A stretch of DNA of 64,000 nt. Source: Trueperaceae bacterium (GTDB taxonomy: Bacteria; Deinococcota; Deinococci; Deinococcales; Trueperaceae). The notes beneath the pieces are model-generated. The model did not search any database, was not told the DNA's origin, and saw only the letters and a list, made by a program, of their open reading frames with translations. Location: the NCBI GenBank assembly GCA_965215565.1, contig CBDCDZ010000004.1, positions 1 through 64,000 on the forward strand. The letters are read 5' to 3'. The position numbers were made by a program, and so were the translations under genes. This document shows positions 1-9,608 of this stretch, piece by piece. Position 1 is the first letter of the stretch. Each line of letters begins with the position of its first letter.

Positions 1-5
1 CTATA

Positions 6-608
6 ATGCTACTTCTTGCCCTGCTAGCGTGCGCTAATGAGGCAGTCAATGGTGGAGGCGGTGATGTTGACCAATTCTCCCTTACCGAATTTATTCAGCG
101 CTTAGAGGCTACAGGCGATCTGACGGCTAGGGCTGTTACTACATCCGGCGTTATTAGCCAGATTTCAGACGGTGACTTTCCTTTGAGGCTTTATCTTCTC
201 AACGAAGGTAACTACTTCTTAGGTGCAGATTCAGCAGAGGGATCGTCTGAAACAGTCTTCGAAAGAGGCGATAAGCCGCTTCAGGATTACATTGCTGAGC
301 AGGGTTTGAGCGAAGAGGAATTCTTGAACCATCCGCGTCTGCGTGACTTTGTCGAAAGCCACCTGATACCCACAGAGGTCAGAATATTCGGTACACGTGA
401 CAACGTCACTGAGACCTACACCGCTGTAGGAGGTAACAAAATCGTACTAAGTACAGACTTCAGCCGTGAAGAGGGCGTAATTTTTGCCAACGGTGTTGCG
501 ACGGAAGGTTGCTTTCTTGCACAAAGCGTAGTCAATGGCGAAAATGCTAATGGGCACCTGTGCTTCACTGATACGCTAATTCTCGAGGACTTCGACTGGT
601 CGAACTAA
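6..608 (+). CDS. Lipoprotein with fasciclin (FAS1)-like domain; may start upstream of the window
   Basis: Hydrophobic N-terminus ending LLAC (lipobox). LRDFVESHLIP and NGHLCFTDTLI resemble the FAS1 YH and H2 motifs. Confidence 0.5.
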   Translation: MLLLALLACANEAVNGGGGDVDQFSLTEFIQRLEATGDLTARAVTTSGVISQISDGDFPLRLYLLNEGNYFLGADSAEGSSETVFERGDKPLQDYIAEQGLSEEEFLNHPRLRDFVESHLIPTEVRIFGTRDNVTETYTAVGGNKIVLSTDFSREEGVIFANGVATEGCFLAQSVVNGENANGHLCFTDTLILEDFDWSN

Positions 609-641
609 GCGCAAGCACACTTTGTTGAACAGTCAAAGTAG

Positions 642-674
642 GAAACGCCCTGCATTTAAGCGGGGCGCTTTCTT
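642..674 (+). terminator. Probable intrinsic terminator
   Basis: Hairpin gaaacgccctgc-atttaa-gcggggcgctttc followed by tt, just after the lipoprotein stop. Confidence 0.55.
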
Positions 675-739
675 GAATTCACATGATTTCTACCTCAATT
701 CGGAAAAGAATTTTATGTGTAGACTTCGAGCGCTTAAGG

Positions 740-868
740 ATAGATTCCACCATAAGCGCGGGCATCGCCAGCGACCTCTCGGTAGAAAGCCACGAAAAGC
801 TCGTGGGCAGTGCCGACAAGAAACTCTATGAGGCGAAGCGGGGCGGTAGAAATCGGCTCGTATCGTAG
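740..868 (+). pseudogene. C-terminal remnant of a GGDEF domain
   Basis: TISAGIA...ADKKLYEAKRGGRNRL matches a GGDEF C-terminus; the catalytic part is absent. Confidence 0.7.
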
Positions 869-903
869 AGGTTTTGTAGAGGTGGAACAGCGTGAAGCTC
901 GGC

Positions 904-1851
904 TCAAGCCACCTTCACCACCACCTTGCCGCGTACCTCCCCCGCCTCCACATAGCGGTGGGCCTCGGGCAAGTTCGCAAGCTCGAAGGTCTGGTCTAAA
1001 GGCACCTGCAGCTCCCCTCTTTCGGTGAGGCGGGCGAGGAAAGCGAGGTCGTAGCTGCGCTCTCTGGCCGGGATGAAGTGGTAGCGCGGCGCGGCTCCTA
1101 GCCCCCTAGTCACGGCGTTGAGCGCCCCCTTTGGACTCAGGCGGGTGCTGACCGCTTTTCCCTCGTCGCTCAGCACCCTGCGGAGTTCGGCGAACTCGCG
1201 CTTGCCAGCGGCGTCGAAGATAACGTCCCAGCGCTCGGACCTTTCGGAAAAGTCCTCCTTTTGATAATCGATAGTCTCAGACGCTCCAAGTCCCTCTACG
1301 AAGTCGCGCTTAGCCCCGCTACAGACGCCGGTAACGGTCCCGCCGAACCTCTTGGCAAGCTGCACCGCGAATGCGCCGACCCCACCCGAAGCCCCGTTGA
1401 TGAGCACTCGCTGACCCCTTTGAAGGTTGGCTATCCCCCGCAAGGCTTGGAGGGCGGTCAGTCCAGCCACCGGCACGGCGGCGAGCTTCTCGAGCGCGAG
1501 CGCGGCGGGGGCGAGCGCGACTCGTGACTGCTTAACGCACGCATAGTCGGCGTTGGCACCCCCCCGGTGACCGATAGCGCCGTAAACCCTGTCGCCCGGC
1601 GAGAAGGCGGTCACTCGGGGACCGCAGGCTACCACTTCGCCAGCGAGGTCGAAGCCGAGGGTGAGGGGCAGCCGCCAAAAGCTAAACGCTTTCATCTCCC
1701 CCCGGCGGAGCCCGAGTTCGGCGTAGTTGAGGCTGGTGGCGTGAACGCGCACGAGCAGTTCATCGTTCTTGGGCTCTGGGCGCGCGACCTCGTCGAGCTG
1801 CAGGACGCTGGGGTCTCCAAATTGGTGTAGGCGCATAGCGCGCATGGGCAC
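904..1851 (-). CDS. NAD(P)-dependent oxidoreductase, MDR / quinone-oxidoreductase-like family
   Basis: PLTLGFDLAGEV, GASGGVG dinucleotide motif, C-terminal GKVVV. Confidence 0.9.
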   Translation of the reverse strand: MPMRAMRLHQFGDPSVLQLDEVARPEPKNDELLVRVHATSLNYAELGLRRGEMKAFSFWRLPLTLGFDLAGEVVACGPRVTAFSPGDRVYGAIGHRGGANADYACVKQSRVALAPAALALEKLAAVPVAGLTALQALRGIANLQRGQRVLINGASGGVGAFAVQLAKRFGGTVTGVCSGAKRDFVEGLGASETIDYQKEDFSERSERWDVIFDAAGKREFAELRRVLSDEGKAVSTRLSPKGALNAVTRGLGAAPRYHFIPARERSYDLAFLARLTERGELQVPLDQTFELANLPEAHRYVEAGEVRGKVVVKVA

Positions 1852-1981
1852 CTCCTGGAGACAGGTTATCCGCTGTCAGTCGCGGAGACTGTATGCAACG
1901 GTGGACCAACAGAAGCTACCGAGAGAACGTTCGGATAAGGCGCGAGTCTATCGCATTGTTAAGAGGTGATACCCTTTCCGG

Positions 1982-2010
1982 TTAAATGCGCTACAAAGTA
2001 GCGCATTTAA
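1982..2010. repeat. Perfect 13-bp inverted repeat
   Basis: ttaaatgcgctac-aaa-gtagcgcatttaa, upstream of the MDR gene. Confidence 0.8.
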
Positions 2011-2117
2011 TCCCGAGGAAGAGCCATCAGCCGGTGGTAACATCAACGAATAGCCGGTACAAGCCATCTACAACGGCATGATACGCCCGGCTGAAGGCTC
2101 CTGAGCGAGTAGAAAAA

Positions 2118-2185
2118 ATACGGATTCCGATGAGCACGGAAGAAACTCCGAAGGAGTTTATGTAGTAATCAATCGGAATCCGTAT
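2118..2185. repeat. Small element with 14-bp terminal inverted repeats (Deinococcus-type intergenic repeat or MITE)
   Basis: ATACGGATTCCGAT (2118-2131) and ATCGGAATCCGTAT (2172-2185), with internal hairpin aaactcc-gaa-ggagttt. Confidence 0.7.
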
Positions 2186-2330
2186 GAGCCGGTTAGCTGT
2201 GACCTCATGATGGAGCGTCTTGCGCGAGCGAATACAACGAATACTACGCCCTGAAGGAGCAGGAAGAGTAAACAGGCTTGTTCCAAAATACCTTTTAGAT
2301 GCTGCAGGAGTCCTACGACGCCTCGCCCTA

Positions 2331-3305
2331 CTACTCGCTCTCTTCCACCGCCTTGCGAAACTCCGGCACGACTGCGCTCACATCGCCGACGACACCGTAA
2401 TCCGCGACTTTGAAAATCGGCGCGTCGGCGTCCTTGTTGATAGCAACGATCACCTTTGAGCGGTTCATGCCCGAGAGGTGCTGCACCGCGCCCGACACGC
2501 CCAGCGCTACGTAGAGCTTAGGCGCAACCGTCTTGCCCGTCTGCCCGATCTGCTCGCTGTAAGGACGCCAGCCCGCGTCTACGACGGCTCGAGTGGAACC
2601 TACGCCCGCCGAAAGCGTATCGGCGAGTGGCTCGACGAGGGTGCTAAAGCCCTCCTCGCTGCCGACGCCGCGCCCACCCGTCACGACGACGCTCGCTTCT
2701 TCTAGCGCGACGCGCTCGCCGCCCGCCGTATGCCGTTCGCCGATCTTTACGCGGGTATCTTGTTCGCTCAGCGACACCTCGACTGCTTTGGCGCGTCCGC
2801 CGCTTTCCTCAGCGACAGAAAAGGCGACGGGAAAGATGTTCGGCTTGATGCTCACCACGACGGGTAGGCTCTGCGCCTGGACGGTTTCGGTCACCCGAGA
2901 GAGGTAAGAAAACCGTTGCGCCGTGACGCGCCCATCTTGAACCTCCAAAGAGTTGATGTCCTCGAGGAGCGCCGCGCCGAGCCTGAGCGCCACGCGGGGG
3001 CTATACGACAAGCCCGAGCGCGACGCCGTCACAAGCACCGCTTTGGCCTCTTGTTCTTTGGCGACGTTCGCCACAACCGTCGTATAAGGTTCTGCGCGGA
3101 ATTCGGAAAGCGTTTCGTCCGCCGCTGCGTAGACTGTGTCGACGTACCTAGCAAGCTCGCTCGTTACGGCGTCTATGTCATCTCCGAGGACGAGCCCTGC
3201 GACTTGCGCGTCCAAAGATTCCGCCAAAGACTTCGCCGCCGAAACAAGTTCCAGCGCACTTTTACGCAGTTTGCCGTTTTTGTGTTCCGCTACAAATAAA
3301 ATCAT
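2331..3305 (-). CDS. etfA: Electron transfer flavoprotein alpha subunit
   Basis: [29 protein letters not shown] and [11 protein letters not shown]; start placed at MILFVAEH. Confidence 0.95.
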   Translation of the reverse strand: MILFVAEHKNGKLRKSALELVSAAKSLAESLDAQVAGLVLGDDIDAVTSELARYVDTVYAAADETLSEFRAEPYTTVVANVAKEQEAKAVLVTASRSGLSYSPRVALRLGAALLEDINSLEVQDGRVTAQRFSYLSRVTETVQAQSLPVVVSIKPNIFPVAFSVAEESGGRAKAVEVSLSEQDTRVKIGERHTAGGERVALEEASVVVTGGRGVGSEEGFSTLVEPLADTLSAGVGSTRAVVDAGWRPYSEQIGQTGKTVAPKLYVALGVSGAVQHLSGMNRSKVIVAINKDADAPIFKVADYGVVGDVSAVVPEFRKAVEESE

Positions 3306-3379
3306 AAAACCTCCAGCTAGCCAGCCGGTCAGCACTTCAGGTTTTTAGCTTTTCCTGACGAGCTGAAGTGCTGAGCTGC

Positions 3380-4138
3380 TTATAAAACTTTCTCTTCTTC
3401 CCGCAACAGCTTCGCGAGTTCACGCGCCGCCTCCGCCGCGTCCCCGTCGATCATGTGCTGACGGCGCTCACGCACCTGAATCTCCTCTTTGACGACAGTG
3501 GTTTTCGCCTCCGCGCCGCCGACCTCTTCTAAGCTCAACTTTTTCAGTTCTTTGCGCTTGGCTTTCATGATGTTAGGCAGCGTAGGGTAACGCGGCTCGT
3601 TTAAGCCTTGCTGCGTCGTTACAACGAGCGGTAAGGGCAGCGTGAGGTCTTCGCTGCCTTCGTCGCTGTCGTGGGTGACGTGGGCCTGATGCGCGTCAAG
3701 ATCGAGCTTCGTCGTCCAGTCGCTGTGCGCCCACCCCAGGGCTTCCGCTACCGCCGGACCGAGCGCCGATGAGTCCCAATCCGCCTCTTGCCCGCCGACA
3801 AAAACCACGTCCGCATCTTCTTCTGAGATAAGCTTGGCGAGCACCCCGGCTTGCGCGATAGGGTCGAGAGGTTCGTCTGTTTCAACGTGCACGGCGCGGT
3901 CTGCGCCCATCGCCAGCGCGGTGCGAATCGCCTCTTCGAACCGTTTAGGACCGAGCGCGAGGACGACGACTTCGGTATCCCCCTCACCGCCCTCTTTGAC
4001 GCGGAGCGCCCCCTCCACGCCGTACTCGTCCATGCCGTCAATCACAAAGGTGACGCCTTCTAAGTCGATGCCGCCTTCCGAGGCGCGGATTCTCGCCTCG
4101 GCGTCGGGAACCTGTTTGATGATAGTAACGATTTTCAT
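3380..4138 (-). CDS. etfB: Electron transfer flavoprotein beta subunit
   Basis: MKIVTIIKQVPD, ALAMGADRA, LNEPRYPTLPNIMKAKRK; adjacent to etfA. Confidence 0.95.
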   Translation of the reverse strand: MKIVTIIKQVPDAEARIRASEGGIDLEGVTFVIDGMDEYGVEGALRVKEGGEGDTEVVVLALGPKRFEEAIRTALAMGADRAVHVETDEPLDPIAQAGVLAKLISEEDADVVFVGGQEADWDSSALGPAVAEALGWAHSDWTTKLDLDAHQAHVTHDSDEGSEDLTLPLPLVVTTQQGLNEPRYPTLPNIMKAKRKELKKLSLEEVGGAEAKTTVVKEEIQVRERRQHMIDGDAAEAARELAKLLREEEKVL

Positions 4139-4193
4139 CTATCTCCTTCTGTCGGTTTATCTGTTCTATAGCTGAATCCAGCGAATAGCGCAA

Positions 4194-4488
4194 TATACCA
4201 GTCATCACCTCGAAAAAGTCAGCGTGTTCTCACGAGACGTGACACTGAATGTGGACCTCGAGCCTCAGATATTTCAGGTATCGAGGACGGATAAGTTCGA
4301 GTCTTCACTTCGACAAGAGGTCAGTTGGGAAAGCTCGAGCAGGTTGTGCAAGCTGCCGTACTTACGCTGACCAGAGAAGAGTGACGCTCGAGCGCCTAAA
4401 CACACTAAGCGAGTATCGAAGAGGTCAATGCGGTTTAGCAAGAGCTGTCACAGACGCATTCTTTGACTGAGCTGATGACATTGCTATC
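4194..4488. mobile_element. Possible ~295-bp MITE-like element
   Basis: Non-coding stretch bounded by imperfect inverted ends tataccagtcatcacctc and gagctgatgacattgctat. Confidence 0.35.
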
Positions 4489-4621
4489 ACTGTAGATGAG
4501 GGTTTTGGTGTAAACAGACTTGCCCTATTGCTCTATCCTCAAAATTGATCTTAAAGCAACCTTTTGGCACGGGTCACTCAGGACGGTCCTTGAGTTCAAG
4601 CCGAAGGAGAGAAAGGATTCT

Positions 4622-5170
4622 ATGACCACGCAACGACTATTTACGACGATCTGCTTATGCACCCTGCTTATGTTGGGGCTGAGTGCGTGCGGCACATCAA
4701 ACACTTTTGCGGAAGAAGAGGTTGATTCCCTTAACGGAGACACGGGCTGGTTCCAGTTGCGCAACGAGGCGACAGGTAAGTGTTTGGATGGTGGAGCGAA
4801 AAATTGGGGTTATGGTTTCTACCAACTCGATGCTGACGTGGACGATTGCGGCGAAGGCTTCAAAGGTCAACTTCTATGGCGCTTCCAAGCGCGCGCGGGG
4901 GTGCCAGTCCTAGAAAATCAAGTCAACGATCTGCAAAACAATGACTTGTGCCTGGCTGGAAGTCTCCACTTACGGGATTGTTCCTTCAGCAACTCTAGAA
5001 ACGATATGGCCTGGCAGAGCGTTGAGGTGGTGAGGGGCACTCAGAATCCGAGCCTTATCCGCTTAGCTGGTACTGATAAGTATCTAAGCGCTAGCGGCAA
5101 CTATGATATAGAATTTAGATCGCTCACCGAGGGCGATCCAAGTCAACAATGGCGCTTTGTAGGCTTCTGA
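4622..5170 (+). CDS. Lipoprotein with ricin-B (beta-trefoil) lectin-like domain
   Basis: Lipobox LSAC; FQLRNEATGKCLD and QxW-type repeats (QLLWRF, SQQWRF); RBS-like aagga before ATG 4622. Confidence 0.7.
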   Translation: MTTQRLFTTICLCTLLMLGLSACGTSNTFAEEEVDSLNGDTGWFQLRNEATGKCLDGGAKNWGYGFYQLDADVDDCGEGFKGQLLWRFQARAGVPVLENQVNDLQNNDLCLAGSLHLRDCSFSNSRNDMAWQSVEVVRGTQNPSLIRLAGTDKYLSASGNYDIEFRSLTEGDPSQQWRFVGF

Positions 5171-5236
5171 AGCGTTCACTCCTGAAGCTGATATAGCATT
5201 TCACCAGCAACTGATCTGTAAGAGAGAGTAAAACCA

Positions 5237-5278
5237 CCTGCGTGAATTGGGCTCTAGGGTCCGGTTCACGCAGGTTTT
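5237..5278 (+). terminator. Intrinsic terminator between convergent genes
   Basis: Stem acctgcgtgaa...ttcacgcaggt followed by T tract. Confidence 0.7.
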
Positions 5279-5400
5279 AGTTTGGGTGGGTACCGAAAGT
5301 ATGGGGTCAAGCCCCGCGCAGTCACTACTCGCAAAATCCCATTCATCCTCTTCAACACCAGTTGAGCTTCACCTCTTCAAAGGAGTCGCCCGTAGAATCC

Positions 5401-5772
5401 TTAAACGAGGGGAGTAGGGAAGACCTCTTCCAGTTCCCGCTCGGACCACTCGAAGTAGAATTTGGGTTTCGGGTGCATCTGCAAGAAGGGCGCTAAAAGT
5501 GCGGGCGTAGGTTGGGGTTTGACTCTAAGCGGTTGCGTTTTGGGTAACACTAAGTTCTGCGGAGGTTTCGCGCCTTTGACGAAACCGACGAGATAGCCTT
5601 CTACATCCCACAAAAACTCGCCGTCGAACCATCCCCTAACCGCACCTCTTTCATCAGCGAGTTGCGCGTCTTGAACGAATCCTCTGACTTGATTGCCTAA
5701 CCCATACACCACCCCCGCCCCGGTGATGTAAAGCCTCGGCTCCCCGTGCTTGTCGTAAATAATCCGTCTCAT
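5401..5772 (-). CDS. Hypothetical protein with short YDxxG-type beta-hairpin repeats (4-fold beta-flower-like)
   Basis: IYDKHGEP, VYGLGNQVRGF, DERGAVRGW, WDVEGYLVGF; Pro-rich tail; ATGA overlap with the upstream gene. Confidence 0.55.
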   Translation of the reverse strand: MRRIIYDKHGEPRLYITGAGVVYGLGNQVRGFVQDAQLADERGAVRGWFDGEFLWDVEGYLVGFVKGAKPPQNLVLPKTQPLRVKPQPTPALLAPFLQMHPKPKFYFEWSERELEEVFPTPLV

Positions 5773-6914
5773 CTATCCCTATACATCTGTCTGGAGATCA
5801 CCATGCGCTGCACTTCGCTGGTGCCTTCGTAGATTTCGGTGACGCGGGCGTCGCGGAAGTAGCGCTCCACCGGATAGTCTTTGGAGTAGCCGTAGCCGCC
5901 GAAAATCTGCACCGCTTGGTGGGTGATAAAAGATGACGCTTCGGACGCGAAGAGCTTCGCCATCGACGCCTCTTGGGTCATGCGGTAGCCCTTATCTTTG
6001 AGCCAAGCGGCGCGGTGCGTGAGGAGCCGCGCGGCGTCTAGGCGCGTCGCCATGTCTGCGAGTTTGAAGCTGATCCCCTGATACTCTCGAATCGGCTTAC
6101 CGAAGGCGTTGCGCTCGTCGGCGTAGTCTCTGGCGGCGTCAAAAGCGGCGCGCGCAATCCCCACCGCCTGCGCCGCGATGCCAATGCGTCCGCCGTCAAG
6201 TGAACTCATCGCGATGACGAAGCCTTGTCCTTCCGGTCCTAAAAGGGCATCCTCGGAGACGAAACACTCGTCAAACGTGACGCTCGTGGTGATAGCGGCG
6301 TGTTGCCCCAGTTTCTCCTCCGGTTTGCCGAAGCTCACGCCCGGTGTGCCCTTCTCGACGACGAAGCACGAGACCCCTCTTGCGCCCGCATTTGGATCGG
6401 TCTTCGCCATGACGAGATACACGTGCGCCTCGCCGCCTGAGGTGATCCAGGCTTTCGTGCCGGAGAGGGTGTAGCCGCCCCCCACCTTTTTCGCCCGCGT
6501 CGTCATCGCGACCGCGTCCGAGCCCGAATGCGGCTCGGAGAGGCAGAACGAGCCTATCCACTCGCCCGAGGCGAGTTTGGGGAGGTAGCGCGCTCTCTGA
6601 GCGTCCGTCCCATACGTGAGGAGCATCGTCTGGGGTAAGCCGTTCGTGACGCTCATGATGGTGCCGTGGGCGGCGTCGGCGGCAGAGATTTCCTCTAAAA
6701 GCACCGCGTAAGATAGGGTGTCTAAGCCCGCGCCACCGTAGCGCTCCGGCGTGGTGACGCCCAAAAGCCCAAGCTCCCCCATCTGCCGGAGGGTCTTCCA
6801 GGGGAAACAGGGCGTCTTATCGAGCTGCGGCGCGACGGGCGCGATTTCGTTTTCTGCAAAGTCGCGCACGGCGCGCTGCATCATCATTAAGTCATCGGAC
6901 AGAGCGAAGTCCAT
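5769..6914 (-). CDS. Acyl-CoA dehydrogenase
   Basis: FCLSEPHSGSD, GTKAWIT, QIFGGYGY, EIYEGTSEVQR. Confidence 0.95.
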   Translation of the reverse strand: MDFALSDDLMMMQRAVRDFAENEIAPVAPQLDKTPCFPWKTLRQMGELGLLGVTTPERYGGAGLDTLSYAVLLEEISAADAAHGTIMSVTNGLPQTMLLTYGTDAQRARYLPKLASGEWIGSFCLSEPHSGSDAVAMTTRAKKVGGGYTLSGTKAWITSGGEAHVYLVMAKTDPNAGARGVSCFVVEKGTPGVSFGKPEEKLGQHAAITTSVTFDECFVSEDALLGPEGQGFVIAMSSLDGGRIGIAAQAVGIARAAFDAARDYADERNAFGKPIREYQGISFKLADMATRLDAARLLTHRAAWLKDKGYRMTQEASMAKLFASEASSFITHQAVQIFGGYGYSKDYPVERYFRDARVTEIYEGTSEVQRMVISRQMYRDR

Positions 6915-7117
6915 CTTAGAGGGGGTCCGAGTCGGGTAAAATCATCTTTCAAGTATACGGCGCGGATGGTTTGGGTAGACTCGAGCCTCACTGTGCATGT
7001 ACAAACGAAAGTGGCAGTGAGTTGAAAGCAATCCAGTCGAGCTGGTGTACGTTAGTCTTTACGAAGCAAACGGTGCGGTGAGCAATAAGTCTAAAGGGTT
7101 TTACTCATTGCTCTTAA

Positions 7118-8110
7118 CTAAGCGGGCACGGGGGTAGGCTCGAGCCGCTTCACAATATCGTCCATCGCCTTTTGCGCGTGAACGAGTCCGTTCTCAATAA
7201 ATACATCGCTGGTGCGCTTACCAAACCCGGCTGAACCGATGAAGTAGAGTCCGGGAACGTTGCTCTCTAAGGTCTCTTCGTCTAGGTTGACCGAGCCGTC
7301 TTCCGGGTTGAAGTTGACGCCTAAGCCGTCCACCATCTCGGGCGCAGCGTAGTAGCCCGTCAGCGCGAAGGTCATGTCAGTCGGGATGGAGAAAGTTTCC
7401 CCCTCTTGCTCCACGATAACCTCGGTGGGCGTGATCTCTTTTGCAACCGCACCTAAGTGCAAGTCGATGCTGCCCTCTTTAATGCGGTTTTCTAGGTCCG
7501 GGCGAATCCAGTACTTGAGCGAGTGGCGGAAGTCGTCGCCCCGGTGCACCATCGTCACCTTTGCGCCTGCGCGGAAAAGGTCAAGTGCAGCGTCGGCAGC
7601 GCTAGAGCCCGCACCGATGATGGTGACGTTGCGCCGCCAAAAAGGGTGCGCTTCGGTAAAGTAGTGCGAGACATGCTCCTGCTCTTCGCCGGGAATATCG
7701 AGCAGCTTGGGGTTTTCAAAGTACCCCGTCGCAACAGCGACTTTACGCGCGGCAATCTGCTCAGCCGGACGCCTATCCGGTCGTAGGGTCAAGGCGAAAC
7801 CCTGCGGCGTGCGCTGCATGTCGGTGACGCGGGTGTAGAGCCGCACGTTCAGGTCTTCGTTGTGCGCAACCTTGCGGTAGTAATCCAAAGCCTCTTTGCG
7901 CGTCGGCTTGGTACCCGCCGTCACCATCGGGTGGTTGCCGACTTCTAGTCTATCTGCAGTCGTGAAAAACGTGACGTAAGTAGGCCAGTGGTAAATCGCG
8001 TCCGCGACGCAGCCCGCTTCGATAAGAACGTAGGAAAGCCCCGCTCGTTTCGCGCGAATTGCCGCTTCTAAACCGACAGGGCCAGCGCCGATAATGGCTA
8101 AATCAAACAT
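7118..8110 (-). CDS. ypdA: YpdA-family putative bacillithiol disulfide reductase
   Basis: GAGPVG, YHWPTYVTFFTT, KPTRKEALDYYR, HYFTEAHPF, VFIENG. Confidence 0.85.
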   Translation of the reverse strand: MFDLAIIGAGPVGLEAAIRAKRAGLSYVLIEAGCVADAIYHWPTYVTFFTTADRLEVGNHPMVTAGTKPTRKEALDYYRKVAHNEDLNVRLYTRVTDMQRTPQGFALTLRPDRRPAEQIAARKVAVATGYFENPKLLDIPGEEQEHVSHYFTEAHPFWRRNVTIIGAGSSAADAALDLFRAGAKVTMVHRGDDFRHSLKYWIRPDLENRIKEGSIDLHLGAVAKEITPTEVIVEQEGETFSIPTDMTFALTGYYAAPEMVDGLGVNFNPEDGSVNLDEETLESNVPGLYFIGSAGFGKRTSDVFIENGLVHAQKAMDDIVKRLEPTPVPA

Positions 8111-8228
8111 CTTTGTATGGTAGCAAAAAGCCGCTCAGAGTGGCATGGGAGGGCTTACACTTGTGAAAAGCATCTCAGCCAGTCAGCCGGTCAGCATTTC
8201 AGCCGGTCAAAGGAAAAGCGAACGCTGC

Positions 8229-8876
8229 TCACGCTTGACTACTCGGGCAATAAGGACTGAGCGTACACGCTCCACAGTCTGGATTTCTCGCCAAACAAAC
8301 CCTGCGTCCGTGAAAGATGAGCGCATTGTGCAGAAATATCCAACTTTCTTCGGGAAAGAGGTCCTCTAACGCATCCTGGACCTTGTCAGGATTTGTCTCT
8401 TTCGTGAAGCTTAGCCGCCGCGCCAAACGCCCCACATGCGTATCCACCGCCACCGCCGGACGCCCAAAAGCGTTCGCAAGAACGACGGACGCCGTTTTTC
8501 TGCCTACACCAGGCAAGCCCAGCATATCGCCAAAGTCTTCGGGAACTTCACCTGCAAAGTCTTCGGTGAGCTTTCTTGCGGTGGCGACGCAGTTTTTTGC
8601 CTTATTGCGGTAGAGACCGATAGTCTTGATGTAAGGGATGAGGTCTTCGGGTTCTGCCTGCGCCATCATTTGTGCGTCGGGGTAGCGCTCAAAAAGCGCG
8701 GGCGTCGCGGCGTTGACACTTTTGTCTGTCGCTTGGGCGGAGAGAATCGTCGAGATGAGGAGTTCGAAGGGGCTGCGGTGGCTGAGTTCGGTCTTGGCTT
8801 CGGGATAGAGGGCGCGGAGTTCGCGTAAAACGTGCTCGGCACGCTCGAGCGTCTTCTTTTTGGACTCGCGGGGCAT
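8229..8876 (-). CDS. nth: Endonuclease III
   Basis: LSAQATD, HhH LPGVGRKTA, VDTHV and 4Fe-4S motif C-x6-C-x2-C-x5-C. Confidence 0.95.
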   Translation of the reverse strand: MPRESKKKTLERAEHVLRELRALYPEAKTELSHRSPFELLISTILSAQATDKSVNAATPALFERYPDAQMMAQAEPEDLIPYIKTIGLYRNKAKNCVATARKLTEDFAGEVPEDFGDMLGLPGVGRKTASVVLANAFGRPAVAVDTHVGRLARRLSFTKETNPDKVQDALEDLFPEESWIFLHNALIFHGRRVCLARNPDCGACTLSPYCPSSQA

Positions 8877-8915
8877 AGCTATATCCTAACCTTCTACCTC
8901 TTATAGACTGTAGAG

Positions 8916-9539
8916 ATGTCAGTTTCAGAATTACCGGAAGTAAAGGTAGAGCAGGAAAAACCCACCTTCGAACGCGCGGGCGATTTGCGTGAGTGGGTTT
9001 GGGCGACGCTCATGAAAGAGCGGCAAGTAGCCTATCCGCTGCCGCCACGCGGCCATCATCCGAACTTTCGAGGAACAGGTGAGGCGGCGGTGCGGCTGGT
9101 GGGGCATTTGCTCGAGCACACTCACCTCAACCCCGGCGACACCGTCATCAGCTATCCCGACTACGTCCTCAAACCCCTACGCAGAGACCTCTTGGAAGCA
9201 GGAGTCAACGTCGTCGTCCCCGCCAAATACGGCAGCGGCTACCGCTTTTTAGAGGCTCAGAAGGTACCGGCTAAGGGGGGCTCGAGCATCGCGGGCGCAG
9301 AGCGGTACGGCGACCTCATCACGGTACTCCCAAAATTGAGTATGGCCTTTCTCGCTTGCACCGCAGTGAGCGAACAGGGTGAAGTCTTAGACAAAGGTTA
9401 CGGCTTTCGTTTACCTGAAGACCTCGGCCCACTGCCCAGAGCGACGCTGGCCCACCCACTTCAGCGCTTTAAGACCTTACCTGAGAAGACAGATTCTGTG
9501 AGCTTTTATGCTACGCCCAGCGAAGTCTGGCACAAGTAA
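8916..9539 (+). CDS. 5-formyltetrahydrofolate cyclo-ligase-like protein
   Basis: LREWVW..PLPPRGHHPNFRG, KGYGF, HPLQ, ATP resemble the MTHFSD/archaeal-type family. Confidence 0.6.
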   Translation: MSVSELPEVKVEQEKPTFERAGDLREWVWATLMKERQVAYPLPPRGHHPNFRGTGEAAVRLVGHLLEHTHLNPGDTVISYPDYVLKPLRRDLLEAGVNVVVPAKYGSGYRFLEAQKVPAKGGSSIAGAERYGDLITVLPKLSMAFLACTAVSEQGEVLDKGYGFRLPEDLGPLPRATLAHPLQRFKTLPEKTDSVSFYATPSEVWHK

Positions 9540-9608
9540 GGAATTTGCCAGCACCCTCACGCATAGGTCTCTAAACTGAACCTAGAATTCCGTGTCCTAA
9601 GGAGACCT

